From: Christensenellales bacterium
GTDB taxonomy: Bacteria > Bacillota > Clostridia > Christensenellales > UBA3700
DNA: 64,000 nucleotides
Direction: 5' to 3'
Assembly: GCA_051883415.1 (NCBI GenBank)
Contig: JBJETR010000064.1
Span: 18,573-82,572, forward strand
Under the pieces are notes generated by a model. The model saw nothing but the letters and a program-made list of their open reading frames with translations. It was not told the origin of the DNA and did not search any database. A program made the position numbers and the translations under genes. Positions 1-8,646 of this stretch are shown here, one piece after another. Position 1 is the stretch's first letter. Every line of letters starts with the position of its first letter.

Positions 1-102
1 AGCGCCGACGTGGACGGCGTACACGTATATACTATGAACAATCCGCTAGTTGCCAAGAAAATCAGCGACGGCATAGGCGGTCTAATTGGGGAAACGAGAT
101 GA
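1..102 (+). CDS. 3' end of an upstream ORF that runs off the window; the C-terminus resembles methylenetetrahydrofolate reductase (MetF)
   Basis: Frame 1 reads SADVDGVHVYTMNNPLVAKKISDGIGGLIGETR-stop. The GxHxYTxN motif is typical of the MTHFR C-terminus. The TGA at 100-102 overlaps the next ATG at 99 (ATGA). The two following genes are methionine synthase parts. Confidence 0.45.
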   Translation, partial: SADVDGVHVYTMNNPLVAKKISDGIGGLIGETR

Positions 103-734
103 AGCTTGACTACGATATCGTAAGACGATATATCTCCGACAAGACGGGGAGCGTGAGCGACGAGTATATGCGAGGCGTTGAGAGAGAATTGGAAGAAATC
201 GCAGCCGTGCAAAAGATGTCGTGGATATTCGAGTGTACAAAGGACGACTTTTATCGTATCGACGACTTAGGACTGACGATAGAGAGCCGTGACGTCAACG
301 ACTTGTTCGACGAGTGCGAGAAGATTGCGGTTTTCGTGGTAACGCTAGGCGTGCAAGTGGATAAAAAAATATCCTATTACGGCAACGCCGACGTGCTTAG
401 AAGCGTGGTGCTAGATAGCATGTCAAGCGTGATGGTGGAGAGCGTGCTCGACGAGTTGCAAGGGCAAGTCGACGATATGATAGGACTATATCCGACTATG
501 AGATATAGCCCGGGATATGGAGATTTGGCGCTTAGTTTCCAAAGGAAATTGCTGACGGCGCTAGGTTGCGGTAAGAGCATGGGAGTCATGCTCAATAGCT
601 CGGATATTATGATTCCCCAAAAATCAATTACTGCGTTGGTGGGATATTCTAAGAAAAAACAAGCATACGCAAGCGTGTGTCTTAAATGCCCGAGCAACGG
701 CAAATGCAAAGTAAAGTGTAGCAGAGCGCAATGA
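99..734 (+). CDS. Stand-alone methionine synthase activation (AdoMet-binding-like) domain protein
   Basis: 211-aa ORF with an RYSPGYGD motif typical of the B12-dependent methionine synthase activation domain. It lies directly upstream of a metH that lacks this domain. The C-terminus is Cys-rich (CLKCPSNGKCKVKC). Confidence 0.7.
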   Translation: MKLDYDIVRRYISDKTGSVSDEYMRGVERELEEIAAVQKMSWIFECTKDDFYRIDDLGLTIESRDVNDLFDECEKIAVFVVTLGVQVDKKISYYGNADVLRSVVLDSMSSVMVESVLDELQGQVDDMIGLYPTMRYSPGYGDLALSFQRKLLTALGCGKSMGVMLNSSDIMIPQKSITALVGYSKKKQAYASVCLKCPSNGKCKVKCSRAQ

Positions 735-741
735 GGATATT

Positions 742-3099
742 ATGGATTTGAAACAACTGATTGACAACAAGATAGTTTTGCTCGACGGTGCAATGGGCAC
801 TATTCTGCAAAGACTCGGCGTAAAAATGGAGGGCGGAAAGCCCGAAATGGTCAACATTACTGAGCCCCAAGTGATACAAAAAATCCATGAGGACTACCTA
901 AGAGCGGGTAGCGACGTGGTGTATGCCAATACCTTTGGTGCCAATCGTATCAAAATGGCGGGTTATCCGTATATCGAGTGTGCGAAAGCCGGCGTGAAAT
1001 GTGCCAGAAACGCAGTTAAGGCGGTAGGCAAGGGACTCGTTGCCCTCGACATGGGCAGTATAGGAGAACTCGTCGAGCCTATGGGTAGAGTGACCTTCGA
1101 CGAGGTGTACGAGACGTATAAAGAAGTTGTGTTAGCCGTAGCGGACGAGGTCGACTTGTGCGTGATAGAAACGATGAGCGACCTATACGAAACCAAAGCC
1201 GCCGTGCTTGCCGTCAAAGAGAATTGCAACAAACCGCTAATCGTGACGATGAGCTTTGACGAGAAGGGCAGAACCTTTGCGGGTTGTCCCGTAGAGGCTA
1301 TGGTGGCTACTATGCAAGGCTTGGGCGTGGACGCTGTCGGGCTCAACTGTTCTCTAGGTCCTAAGCAGCTAGTCGGCGTAGTAGATAGATTGCTCTCAAT
1401 AAGTGAGCTACCCGTAGTAGTCAAGCCAAACGCAGGTATGCCTACCATAAGGAACGGCGTGACTGCCTTCGATATGCAAGCAAGCGATTGGGCGGAAGCA
1501 ATGGAGGTTATCGTCGACAAGGGCGTGGCTATAGTGGGCGGTTGCTGTGGAACGGATAGCGAATTTATTAAAATCTTGGCGGAAAAAATCAAGGACAAAA
1601 AGCCAAGTAGACCTATCGCAAAGCACCAAGTATGCGTCGCAAGCGGTAGCAAGTTCGTAAGGCTCGATTGTCCGAAAATCGTGGGCGAAAGGATAAATCC
1701 TACCGGCAAAAAGCTGATGAAACAAGCAATAGAAGCCGAGGATTGGGGTTATATCGAAGGACAAGCAGTGGAGCAAGCACATGCGGGCGCCGATATATTG
1801 GACGTCAATATGGGGCTTGCAGGCATAGACGAAGCCGATATGATAGTCAAAGCTATCAAGAGAGTGCAGAGTGTGGTGGACCTTCCTATCCAAATAGATA
1901 GTACCGACGCTGTGGCTATCGAGAAAGGCTTGAGATACGTGAGCGGAAAGGCGATAGTCAATTCCGTCAACGGCGACGACGAAGTCTTGGATAGAGTTTT
2001 GCCACTAGTCAAAAAGTACGGCGCTCTGGTGCTTGGCTTGACGATAGACAAAGACGGCATTCCCAAGACGGTGGAAAAGCGGCTTGAAATAGCTAGAAAG
2101 ATTGTAAAAAGAGCACAAGAGTACGGCATAAGCAACGAGGATGTGATTATCGATACTCTCACGTTGACGGTGGGTGCGGAGCAAGAGCAAGCCGTCAATA
2201 CTTTGGAAGCTATAAGGAAGGTAAAAGAAGAACTCGGCGTAAAGACTGCACTCGGCGTGTCAAATATATCCTTTGGACTGCCCGAGAGAAGCCTCGTCAA
2301 CAGAACCTTCTTGACTATGGCGTTGACTTGTGGGCTAGACCTAGCTATCATCAACCCAAATCTTCAACCTATGAAAGAGAGCTTCTTGGCGTACAACTTG
2401 CTGGCGGGCATAGACCGAAAGGGTGAAAAATATATCAAAGAGATTTCTACGCAGACCGAAAGCGTTGCGGTAGCCTCGGGCAAGGACCTCACGCTACAAG
2501 AATGTATCAAGCAGTCGCTAAAGACTCAAGCCGTCGAAACGGTAAAGGTAATGCTCGCAAAGGGGCTAAACGGCTTGGACATAATAGACGAGTGCGTCAT
2601 ACCTACCTTGGGTGATATTGGCGACGGATACGAAAAGGGAAGTATATTTTTGCCACAGTTGATATCTACCGCAGAGGTGGCTTCGGCAGTGTGCGACGTC
2701 ATCAAGGCAAATATCGGAAGCATTAACGTCGGCACGAGAGCTAAGATGATACTCGCAACGGTAGAGGGCGACGTGCACGATATAGGCAAAAATATCGTCA
2801 AGACGGTATTGCAAAACTATGGCTACGACATAGTCGACCTTGGCAGAGACGTTGCCGTGGAGAGAGTGGTCGAAGCCGTCAAGAAAAATAAACCTCAGAT
2901 ACTCGGCTTGTCTGCGTTGATGACGACTACCGTCAAAAATATGAAGAGGACAATAGAAGAAGTGCGAAAAGTCAGCGATTGTCTTATATGCGTGGGCGGT
3001 GCGGTACTGAGCGAGGAGGTAGCTATGCAAATCGGTGCGGACGCATACAGCAAGGATCCTCGGCAACTTGTCAAGATATTGGAAAGTAGAGGTCTATAA
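742..3099 (+). CDS. metH: Cobalamin-dependent methionine synthase (homocysteine-binding, pterin-binding and B12-binding modules; no activation domain)
   Basis: 785 aa. N-terminal homocysteine S-methyltransferase-like region (GGCCGT), central pterin-binding region, and a C-terminal B12-binding DxHxxG motif (GDVHDIGKN) followed by SALMTTT. Confidence 0.9.
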   Translation: MDLKQLIDNKIVLLDGAMGTILQRLGVKMEGGKPEMVNITEPQVIQKIHEDYLRAGSDVVYANTFGANRIKMAGYPYIECAKAGVKCARNAVKAVGKGLVALDMGSIGELVEPMGRVTFDEVYETYKEVVLAVADEVDLCVIETMSDLYETKAAVLAVKENCNKPLIVTMSFDEKGRTFAGCPVEAMVATMQGLGVDAVGLNCSLGPKQLVGVVDRLLSISELPVVVKPNAGMPTIRNGVTAFDMQASDWAEAMEVIVDKGVAIVGGCCGTDSEFIKILAEKIKDKKPSRPIAKHQVCVASGSKFVRLDCPKIVGERINPTGKKLMKQAIEAEDWGYIEGQAVEQAHAGADILDVNMGLAGIDEADMIVKAIKRVQSVVDLPIQIDSTDAVAIEKGLRYVSGKAIVNSVNGDDEVLDRVLPLVKKYGALVLGLTIDKDGIPKTVEKRLEIARKIVKRAQEYGISNEDVIIDTLTLTVGAEQEQAVNTLEAIRKVKEELGVKTALGVSNISFGLPERSLVNRTFLTMALTCGLDLAIINPNLQPMKESFLAYNLLAGIDRKGEKYIKEISTQTESVAVASGKDLTLQECIKQSLKTQAVETVKVMLAKGLNGLDIIDECVIPTLGDIGDGYEKGSIFLPQLISTAEVASAVCDVIKANIGSINVGTRAKMILATVEGDVHDIGKNIVKTVLQNYGYDIVDLGRDVAVERVVEAVKKNKPQILGLSALMTTTVKNMKRTIEEVRKVSDCLICVGGAVLSEEVAMQIGADAYSKDPRQLVKILESRGL

Positions 3100-3102
3100 G
3101 CC

Positions 3103-3128
3103 AAAAAGTCGATACAGGTCGCTAAAAT
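3103..3128. repeat. Degenerate copy of the A5-GTCGATAC...-type palindromic intergenic element
   Basis: aaaaagtcgatac matches the left half of the 26-bp palindrome at 37459-37484. The right half has diverged (aggtcgctaaaa). It lies 4 nt after the metH stop. Confidence 0.5.
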
Positions 3129-3174
3129 TGCAAAATAGGCGAAATATTTATACAAAAGAGGACTTATAAAAAAT

Positions 3175-4041
3175 ATGTGGATACTCGCGGCGGCTATGTC
3201 GGCGGTGTTTGCCGCCTTGACGGCGATATTGTCCAAGTGCGGAATAAAGAAGGTAAATTCCGACGTGGCTACGGCGTTGCGTACGTCGGTGGTGTTGGTA
3301 TTTGCTTGGTTAATCGTTTTGCTAACCGGCGTATATAAGGATATAGCTACCATAGATGCCAAGTCGTTGATATTCCTAGTGTTGTCGGGCTTGGCGACAG
3401 GTGCAAGCTGGATATGCTACTTCAAAGCATTGTCGATAGGCGAGGTGTCCAAGGTCGCGGCGGTAGATAAGTCTAGCGTAGTGCTATCGGTACTGCTTGC
3501 AATCATCATCTTCCCTCAAGAGAGAGGAGGTTGGTGGATAAAGCTGTTATGTCTATTAGCAATAGGCGTAGGCACTACGTTGATGACGGACATTAAGCGT
3601 GACGAGGACAAAACCCGACTTGCTTGGTTGATATTTGCCTTGCTTTCGGCGATATTTGCCGCGGCTACCTCAATACTTGCCAAGATAGGTATACAAAACG
3701 TCAATTCTAACCTTGCCACCGCAATTAGAACGTGCGTGGTGTTGGTCATGGCGTGGCTAATCGTGATAGCAAGGGGCGAGGTAAAGACTATCAAGGACGT
3801 CAAAGCAAAAGACGCTGTGTTTTTGGTCTTGTCGGGAATAGCGACGGGCGCAAGCTGGCTGTGCTATTATTATGCTATCCAAAAGGGACAAGTGAGTATA
3901 GTCGTGCCGATTGACAAGCTTAGCATTTTGATAACGGTGTTATTTTCTTTGGTGGTGTTCAAAGAAAAGCTGTCCGCCAAGGCTTGGACGGGACTTGGCT
4001 TGTTGACGGCGGGCACGGTGCTGATGGCAGTGTTGACGTAA
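3175..4041 (+). CDS. EamA/DMT-family transporter (internally duplicated)
   Basis: 288 aa and very hydrophobic. The two halves are clearly related (SKCGIKKVNSDVATALRTSVVLVFAWLIV vs AKIGIQNVNSNLATAIRTCVVLVMAWLIV), as in EamA-repeat transporters. Confidence 0.8.
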   Translation: MWILAAAMSAVFAALTAILSKCGIKKVNSDVATALRTSVVLVFAWLIVLLTGVYKDIATIDAKSLIFLVLSGLATGASWICYFKALSIGEVSKVAAVDKSSVVLSVLLAIIIFPQERGGWWIKLLCLLAIGVGTTLMTDIKRDEDKTRLAWLIFALLSAIFAAATSILAKIGIQNVNSNLATAIRTCVVLVMAWLIVIARGEVKTIKDVKAKDAVFLVLSGIATGASWLCYYYAIQKGQVSIVVPIDKLSILITVLFSLVVFKEKLSAKAWTGLGLLTAGTVLMAVLT

Positions 4042-4076
4042 ATATACAGTATAGAGATGAATTTAGGATAAAAATA

Positions 4077-4105
4077 GCACGCCACTAAAGGCGTGCCGTT
4101 TGTTT
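4077..4105 (+). terminator. Rho-independent terminator after the EamA gene
   Basis: gcacgcc-actaaa-ggcgtgc hairpin followed by cgtttgttt. Confidence 0.6.
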
Positions 4106-4233
4106 GAAAAACGATATCTTCTCGACAGTAGTTGGAATTGTTACGCTTGCCCGCTTTGTTGCAAAGTAAACCCTACAATATATGCCGTACTAGTTAGTTT
4201 TGTTGACTAGAACGACGTTTCGTTGTCTAAAAC

Positions 4234-4779
4234 TTATTGGTTATTGTCGGCTTGGTGGTTGGGCTCTTGTTGCTCGTTGACATTTGTTTGCTCGGCGCTG
4301 TTGCCTCGGGCGTTGGCAGTTGGCTCTATCGTATCGCTCTTGGCGTCGTCGGCAGGGGAGTCGGTTGGGCTCGAAACCTCGGGCTTTTTCTTCTCTCTAT
4401 ATACGAAAAATTTGCAATACAAAAACTCTAGTACAAGGTTGCATATCATAGTGCCTGCAAGCACGATATATTTGTGCACGCCGTGGGTGGTGAGAATCTT
4501 AGTCGTCCAAGTGGAGAGCGGGGTAAACGCACAATAGAACAGGGCGACTTTGAGCATGGCAACGGGCACGTTGTTAGTGGCTTTGAAGGTAAACTTACGG
4601 TTGACGGTAAAGTTGTAGAGCACCGAACATATCAACGCAATGAGATAACTGTATTGGGCGGGCAAATGCACGACTTCGTTGAAAAAGACGTCGACTAGTA
4701 CTTGTATGATGCCTGCCGAAGCGGAAAATAGTGCAAACTTGATTGCTTGCAACGCCACCTTCTTTTTGTCGGATTGCAT
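4234..4779 (-). CDS. GtrA-family membrane protein with a roughly 50-aa acidic, disordered C-terminal tail
   Basis: 181 aa. The FxxxSxxGxxxxxxxxxxxxxxxxxxxxxxxxxxxxxxYNFxxNRKFTF pattern is typical of GtrA-like proteins. The tail is PEVSSPTDSPADDAKSD... Confidence 0.8.
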   Translation of the reverse strand: MQSDKKKVALQAIKFALFSASAGIIQVLVDVFFNEVVHLPAQYSYLIALICSVLYNFTVNRKFTFKATNNVPVAMLKVALFYCAFTPLSTWTTKILTTHGVHKYIVLAGTMICNLVLEFLYCKFFVYREKKKPEVSSPTDSPADDAKSDTIEPTANARGNSAEQTNVNEQQEPNHQADNNQ

Positions 4780-4852
4780 ATAGTCCTCCTGAACTAATAT
4801 CTTGTCGCTATCGTTATTATAGCTTATTTTGCATGCAATGTCGATAGTAAAT

Positions 4853-4885
4853 CAAAAATAAAAAAGGAGCGATAACTCGCTCCTT
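4853..4885 (-). terminator. Rho-independent terminator after mscL
   Basis: The minus strand reads aaggagcg-agttat-cgctcctt followed by a T-rich run. Confidence 0.6.
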
Positions 4886-4900
4886 ATAATTGTCGTATTA

Positions 4901-5497
4901 TTACTCTTGCTCTTGCTGTTTTTGGAGAAGATCTCTGATATCTTTGAGAAGCATCTCGGTGGTTGGGTTGGCGAGCAATTCTGCCTCTGCTTTGGCTTTG
5001 TCCTCTGCTTCTTTGGCAAGTCTGGCTTCTTCGGCTTGCTTAGCTTTGAGAGCTTGATTTTCTTCGTACACTTCTCTAAAAGAACGACCTTCGGCTTTGG
5101 CTTTAGCTCTCAGGGCTTTGTTCTCGGCTTTGACTTCCTTTTTGCTCTGTTGCTTAGCAAATTCGCCCAATTCTTCTAGCCTTTTGCGAGAAGAGTTGAT
5201 AACTTTGACAACGATAAATATAGACGTAGCAATAATCAAAAAGTCGATGATAGTCTGTATAAAGTTGCCGTATGCCCAAGCAAGGGTTACTTCGCCCAAT
5301 TCGTTGTATCTGAGAGGTATGCTGAGCTCTTTGAGTGAGCCTGCTCCCGTAGCCCAGGTGATGAGAGGCATGATGATGTCGTTGACGAGGCTGGACACGA
5401 TTTTGTTGAACGCAGTTGCTATAATCATACCGACAGCCATATCGAATATATTGCCGCGGCAGACGAAATCTTTGAATTCTTTGAAAAACTTTTTCAT
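4901..5497 (-). CDS. mscL: Large-conductance mechanosensitive channel with an extended charged C-terminal tail
   Basis: MKKFFKEFKDFVCRGNIFDMAVGMIIATAFNKIVSSLVNDIIMPLI is a classic MscL N-terminus. I chose the ATG at 5497 because AAGGAG sits 5 nt upstream. The track start at 5503 is a GTG overlapping that RBS, so it has no upstream SD. Confidence 0.9.
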   Translation of the reverse strand: MKKFFKEFKDFVCRGNIFDMAVGMIIATAFNKIVSSLVNDIIMPLITWATGAGSLKELSIPLRYNELGEVTLAWAYGNFIQTIIDFLIIATSIFIVVKVINSSRKRLEELGEFAKQQSKKEVKAENKALRAKAKAEGRSFREVYEENQALKAKQAEEARLAKEAEDKAKAEAELLANPTTEMLLKDIRDLLQKQQEQE

Positions 5498-5708
5498 AAG
5501 CACTCCTTATCCTTTTGTTGGTTATATTATAGTTGCAATCGGTGATTTTGCAAAGTGATTTTGACCAAAAAATGCAAGAAGTGACGGGTAAATTTTGTAT
5601 AGGGTGTGCCGATGATGTAATATCGCAGGCAAAATGACGTAACGATGAAATTATCACGGCATTAGACCGTGACGTTGAAGACTTGAAAATCAAGTGCAAT
5701 AAGTTCAA

Positions 5709-6038
5709 TCAAAAAATTACCGTAAGCAACATTTTGAAGTCCTCTTGTGCGTATACGGCGTGAGGTATGCGCGAAGTCATGACCAAGGATTGACCTTGCG
5801 TGCAAATAAACTCTTCTTCGCCGACGGTGATTTTTGCAGTGCCTTGCAAAACGTAGACCATGGCGTCGCCCTCCGAGGCGTGAGTAGAAATCTCTTCCCC
5901 TTGTGAAAAGGCAAACAAAGTCACGCTTACGGCATCGTTTTGACATAGCGTCTTGCTGACGATTTGCCCTTGAAGGGTATCGATTTGGTCGGCTAATTGC
6001 AATATTTGACGATGAGGGATATTTTTGATGACAGCCAT
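5709..6038 (-). CDS. Cupin-domain protein
   Basis: 109 aa with a GxxxxxHxxxxGDAMVYVLQGTAKI...IPHAV pattern (cupin motifs 1 and 2). Confidence 0.7.
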   Translation of the reverse strand: MAVIKNIPHRQILQLADQIDTLQGQIVSKTLCQNDAVSVTLFAFSQGEEISTHASEGDAMVYVLQGTAKITVGEEEFICTQGQSLVMTSRIPHAVYAQEDFKMLLTVIF

Positions 6039-6044
6039 TGCTCT

Positions 6045-6230
6045 TTAGATTTGTGATATTGCGTTGACGGGGCACTCCGCCATAGCTAGCTCGGCACGGT
6101 CAAGGGTAGCTCCGGTTGGCTCGATATCCAACGCTTGCGCTTTGCCGTCATCTGTCATCTCGAATACTTCGGGACAGGTGTTGTTGCATGCACCGCAACC
6201 TATGCAATCGTCATTGACGTAATATTTCAT
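6045..6230 (-). CDS. Small 4Fe-4S ferredoxin
   Basis: MKYYVNDDCIGCGACNNTCPEVF...ECPVNAI has a CxxCxxC...CP cluster motif. I placed the start at the ATG at 6230, which is preceded by GGAG. The longer track ORF has no RBS. Confidence 0.8.
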   Translation of the reverse strand: MKYYVNDDCIGCGACNNTCPEVFEMTDDGKAQALDIEPTGATLDRAELAMAECPVNAISQI

Positions 6231-6287
6231 AATAATCTCCTTGTGTTTGTCGTTGCTAATATTATTGCCGAAAAATAAAATTGTAAA

Positions 6288-6304
6288 CACGTATTGAGTT
6301 TTTT
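6288..6304. repeat. Half-copy of the palindromic intergenic element
   Basis: cacgtattgagtttttt is identical over 16 nt to 58378-58393, and matches the right arm of the reverse complement of the 34510-34535 copy. Confidence 0.5.
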
Positions 6305-6377
6305 GTATATTTGCATATTGATTTTGAGACGCTATAGGAGTATAATTGGGACAATATTAGTTAGACAAGGAGATAGT

Positions 6378-6689
6378 ATGAGAGAAGGATTTGTTACGCC
6401 ACCAAAGCACGTAGGCTTTGAGGCAAAGAAATTGTTTGATAAGTCTGCGGAACTGATTGACGTGGCTATTGCGTATATTCAGCCGTCAGGCGGAGGTCCG
6501 ACAGAGAAACACACCCATAGCCACAACCATTTGTTTGTCGTCACTCAAGGACGGGCGAGAATAGAGATGGGAGAAGAAACCGTCGTTTTGCAAAAAGACC
6601 AATCGCTGTTGGTAAAAGGAACGATACCTCATTGCGTATGGAATGATTGCGACGAAACGACGACGATGATAGGTATTACCCTCAAATGA
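6378..6689 (+). CDS. Cupin-domain protein
   Basis: KHTHSHNHLFVVTQGRARIEMGEE...GTIPHCVWN are cupin motifs. The ATG at 6378 is preceded by AAGGAGA. The longer track ORF start is unsupported. Confidence 0.7.
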   Translation: MREGFVTPPKHVGFEAKKLFDKSAELIDVAIAYIQPSGGGPTEKHTHSHNHLFVVTQGRARIEMGEETVVLQKDQSLLVKGTIPHCVWNDCDETTTMIGITLK

Positions 6690-6728
6690 CGTCGTGACAA
6701 AAACAACTCAACGTACATACAATATCTT

Positions 6729-7229
6729 GTGAGAGTGGTTGAGTATGACGCATTGTCGGCGGTGAGATACGCAAAAAAGTGGGCACACGGACGAAATCCC
6801 GCCTATTACAACTTTGACGGATTGGGCGGAGATTGTACGGCTTTTGCGTCGCAATGTTTGTATGCAGGTAGCGGCGTGATGAATTATACCCCGACCTTTG
6901 GTTGGTACTATATCTCGTTGAGCGACAGAGCGCCCGCATGGAGCGGAGTAGAATACTTTTATAATTTCTTGACTAGTAATCTCAAGGGCGTAGGCAGTAC
7001 ACAAGGACCTTTCGGCGTACGTACTCAGGTGGATTACGTGAGAATCGGCGACTTCATACAACTAGGCGATACACAGGGAAAGTATTATCATACCTTGGTC
7101 GTGACGGGCTTTCATGGCAACGTGCCGTTGGTTGCTTCGCATACGCTAGACTCGTTGGATAGACCGCTGAGCAGTTACGACTATCATATTGCAAGGGCAA
7201 TCAGGGTGTTGGGAGTGCGGACGTACTAG
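6729..7229 (+). CDS. Putative amidase-domain (NlpC/P60-like Cys peptidase) protein with no signal peptide
   Basis: 166 aa. The motif NFDGLGGDCTAFASQCLYAGSG and a later YYHTLVV resemble the 'putative amidase domain' family. The start is GTG. Confidence 0.55.
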   Translation: MRVVEYDALSAVRYAKKWAHGRNPAYYNFDGLGGDCTAFASQCLYAGSGVMNYTPTFGWYYISLSDRAPAWSGVEYFYNFLTSNLKGVGSTQGPFGVRTQVDYVRIGDFIQLGDTQGKYYHTLVVTGFHGNVPLVASHTLDSLDRPLSSYDYHIARAIRVLGVRTY

Positions 7230-7357
7230 TCGGGCGTGATTGTTGTAATCGCATTATCGCTGTATATATTTCAAATTTTGTGCAAATATTGTTTTTCAGT
7301 AATCTTTAAGGTTGACATCGGTATAACGATATGTTAGACTCTTGGCGTAGGTGAAAT

Positions 7358-8032
7358 ATGAAGTTTTTGATAGTCGAAGACAATATAGGCTGGAGCAATA
7401 AGCTCAAAGAATGTGTGGCTTCACTTGGCGAGAGCGAATGTGCTTTTGACGGCGAAGAAGGCTTGTATATGGCTGAGAGCAATATCTATGACCTCATAAT
7501 CTTCGATATGATATTGCCCAAACTAAACGGCTCGGAATTTTTGGTAAAGCTTAGACAAAAGAGTGTATGTCCTGCCATTGCCGTGTCGTCCTTGGATAGC
7601 AAAAGCAAGATAGTGGAGGGGCTAAATCTCGGAGCGGACGACTACGTTGTCAAGCCTTTTGACCAAGAAGAACTTAGGGCGAGAATAGTAGCCGTGCTCA
7701 GAAGATATAACAATAACTTTTCTGATATTTACACCTGCGACGACATAGTAATGGACTTTAGAAACAAGATGCTTAGCGTGGGCGGTGAGTACGTCAAGTT
7801 GTCGGGCAAGGCTTATGAGATATTGGAATTTTTGATACGCAACCGCAATATAATAATTTCCAAAGAACAGCTCTTCAATAGAATTTGGGGCAACGACAGC
7901 GATACGATTATGACGGTGACGGAAGTGTATATCAGTAGTCTTAGAAAGAAGCTGGACAAGTTCGGGGCAAAAAATTATATTAGAACAGTGAAAAATATAG
8001 GATATATGTGGTACGACAAGCGGGACAAGTAG
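7358..8032 (+). CDS. OmpR/PhoB-family response regulator; no histidine kinase in the window
   Basis: The receiver has E7-D8, phospho-acceptor D50 (LIIFDMILP), a Ser in AVSSLD and K in VVKPF. The C-terminal winged-helix part reads LTxKEYEILEFLIRN...VYISSLRKKL. Confidence 0.9.
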   Translation: MKFLIVEDNIGWSNKLKECVASLGESECAFDGEEGLYMAESNIYDLIIFDMILPKLNGSEFLVKLRQKSVCPAIAVSSLDSKSKIVEGLNLGADDYVVKPFDQEELRARIVAVLRRYNNNFSDIYTCDDIVMDFRNKMLSVGGEYVKLSGKAYEILEFLIRNRNIIISKEQLFNRIWGNDSDTIMTVTEVYISSLRKKLDKFGAKNYIRTVKNIGYMWYDKRDK

Positions 8033-8154
8033 ACAGGGTATAATATGGAAAAATTTGTAAATATAAGTGTGACGACCAAACGATAAAAAACCCTTGTTAC
8101 ATAATGATATAATATTCAATAATGACAAATAACTAAATAGATAAAATATATAAT

Positions 8155-8186
8155 AGTACGATGCAAAGGGACATCGTACTTTTTTG
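8155..8186 (+). terminator. Rho-independent terminator after the response regulator
   Basis: agtacgatg-caaaggga-catcgtact hairpin followed by TTTTTT. Confidence 0.7.
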
Positions 8187-8574
8187 GTTGACAAGGTGTG
8201 GATAGACTATTTATCTAATGATGCGTATGTGCAGTATATGAGCAGTTAAACGTTATAAATATGGATAAAACGGTTTTGTCAATATACATCAAAACAAAAC
8301 TGAAAACGGAGGGAAAAGGTACGTCGTCAAGTGCGTCGGTAGCAATACGTAAAGCATAACTATTACGCAAGACTAACCGCAAAAATATAATTATTCGGCA
8401 AAAAGACGTCGGCACAAAACAATAAAAAAGCGAAAATTAAAAAAAATTTACATAACTAGCATTATCGACACTTTTGCAATGAAAAATAGCGTTTTTGAAA
8501 AGAAAATGCAAAAAAGTAGCAACATTCGTTATAAATCTAGCATTTTGAAAAAATTTTTTTGCGAAATTTTAAGG

Positions 8575-8605
8575 TTGGTTTAAGTTTATCTTCCTAATAT
8601 ATAAT
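8575..8605 (+). promoter_or_regulatory. Candidate sigma-A-type promoter for the giant operon (weak call)
   Basis: TTGGTT, then a 19-nt spacer, then TATAAT (or a 17-nt spacer to TATATA). It is followed by the hairpin aatcgca/tgcgatt (8615-8636), which abuts the AGGAGG at 8637. Confidence 0.3.
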
Positions 8606-8646
8606 AAATAAGTAAATCGCACATATATCTGCGATTAGGAGGAAGT

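Noticed and set aside
5154-6075. Overlapping minus-strand ORFs 5154-5708 (184 aa) and 5662-6075 (137 aa).
   Set aside because: They are alternative frames of the well-supported mscL and cupin genes and the intergenic spacer. The translations are Arg/Ser/Cys/His-rich and low-complexity, with no RBS.
8188-8216. TTGACA at 8188-8193 as a far-upstream promoter of the giant operon.
   Set aside because: The sequence at the appropriate spacing (TTATCT / TATCTA) is a poor -10. I cannot support it over the weak candidate at 8575-8605 without 5'-end data.
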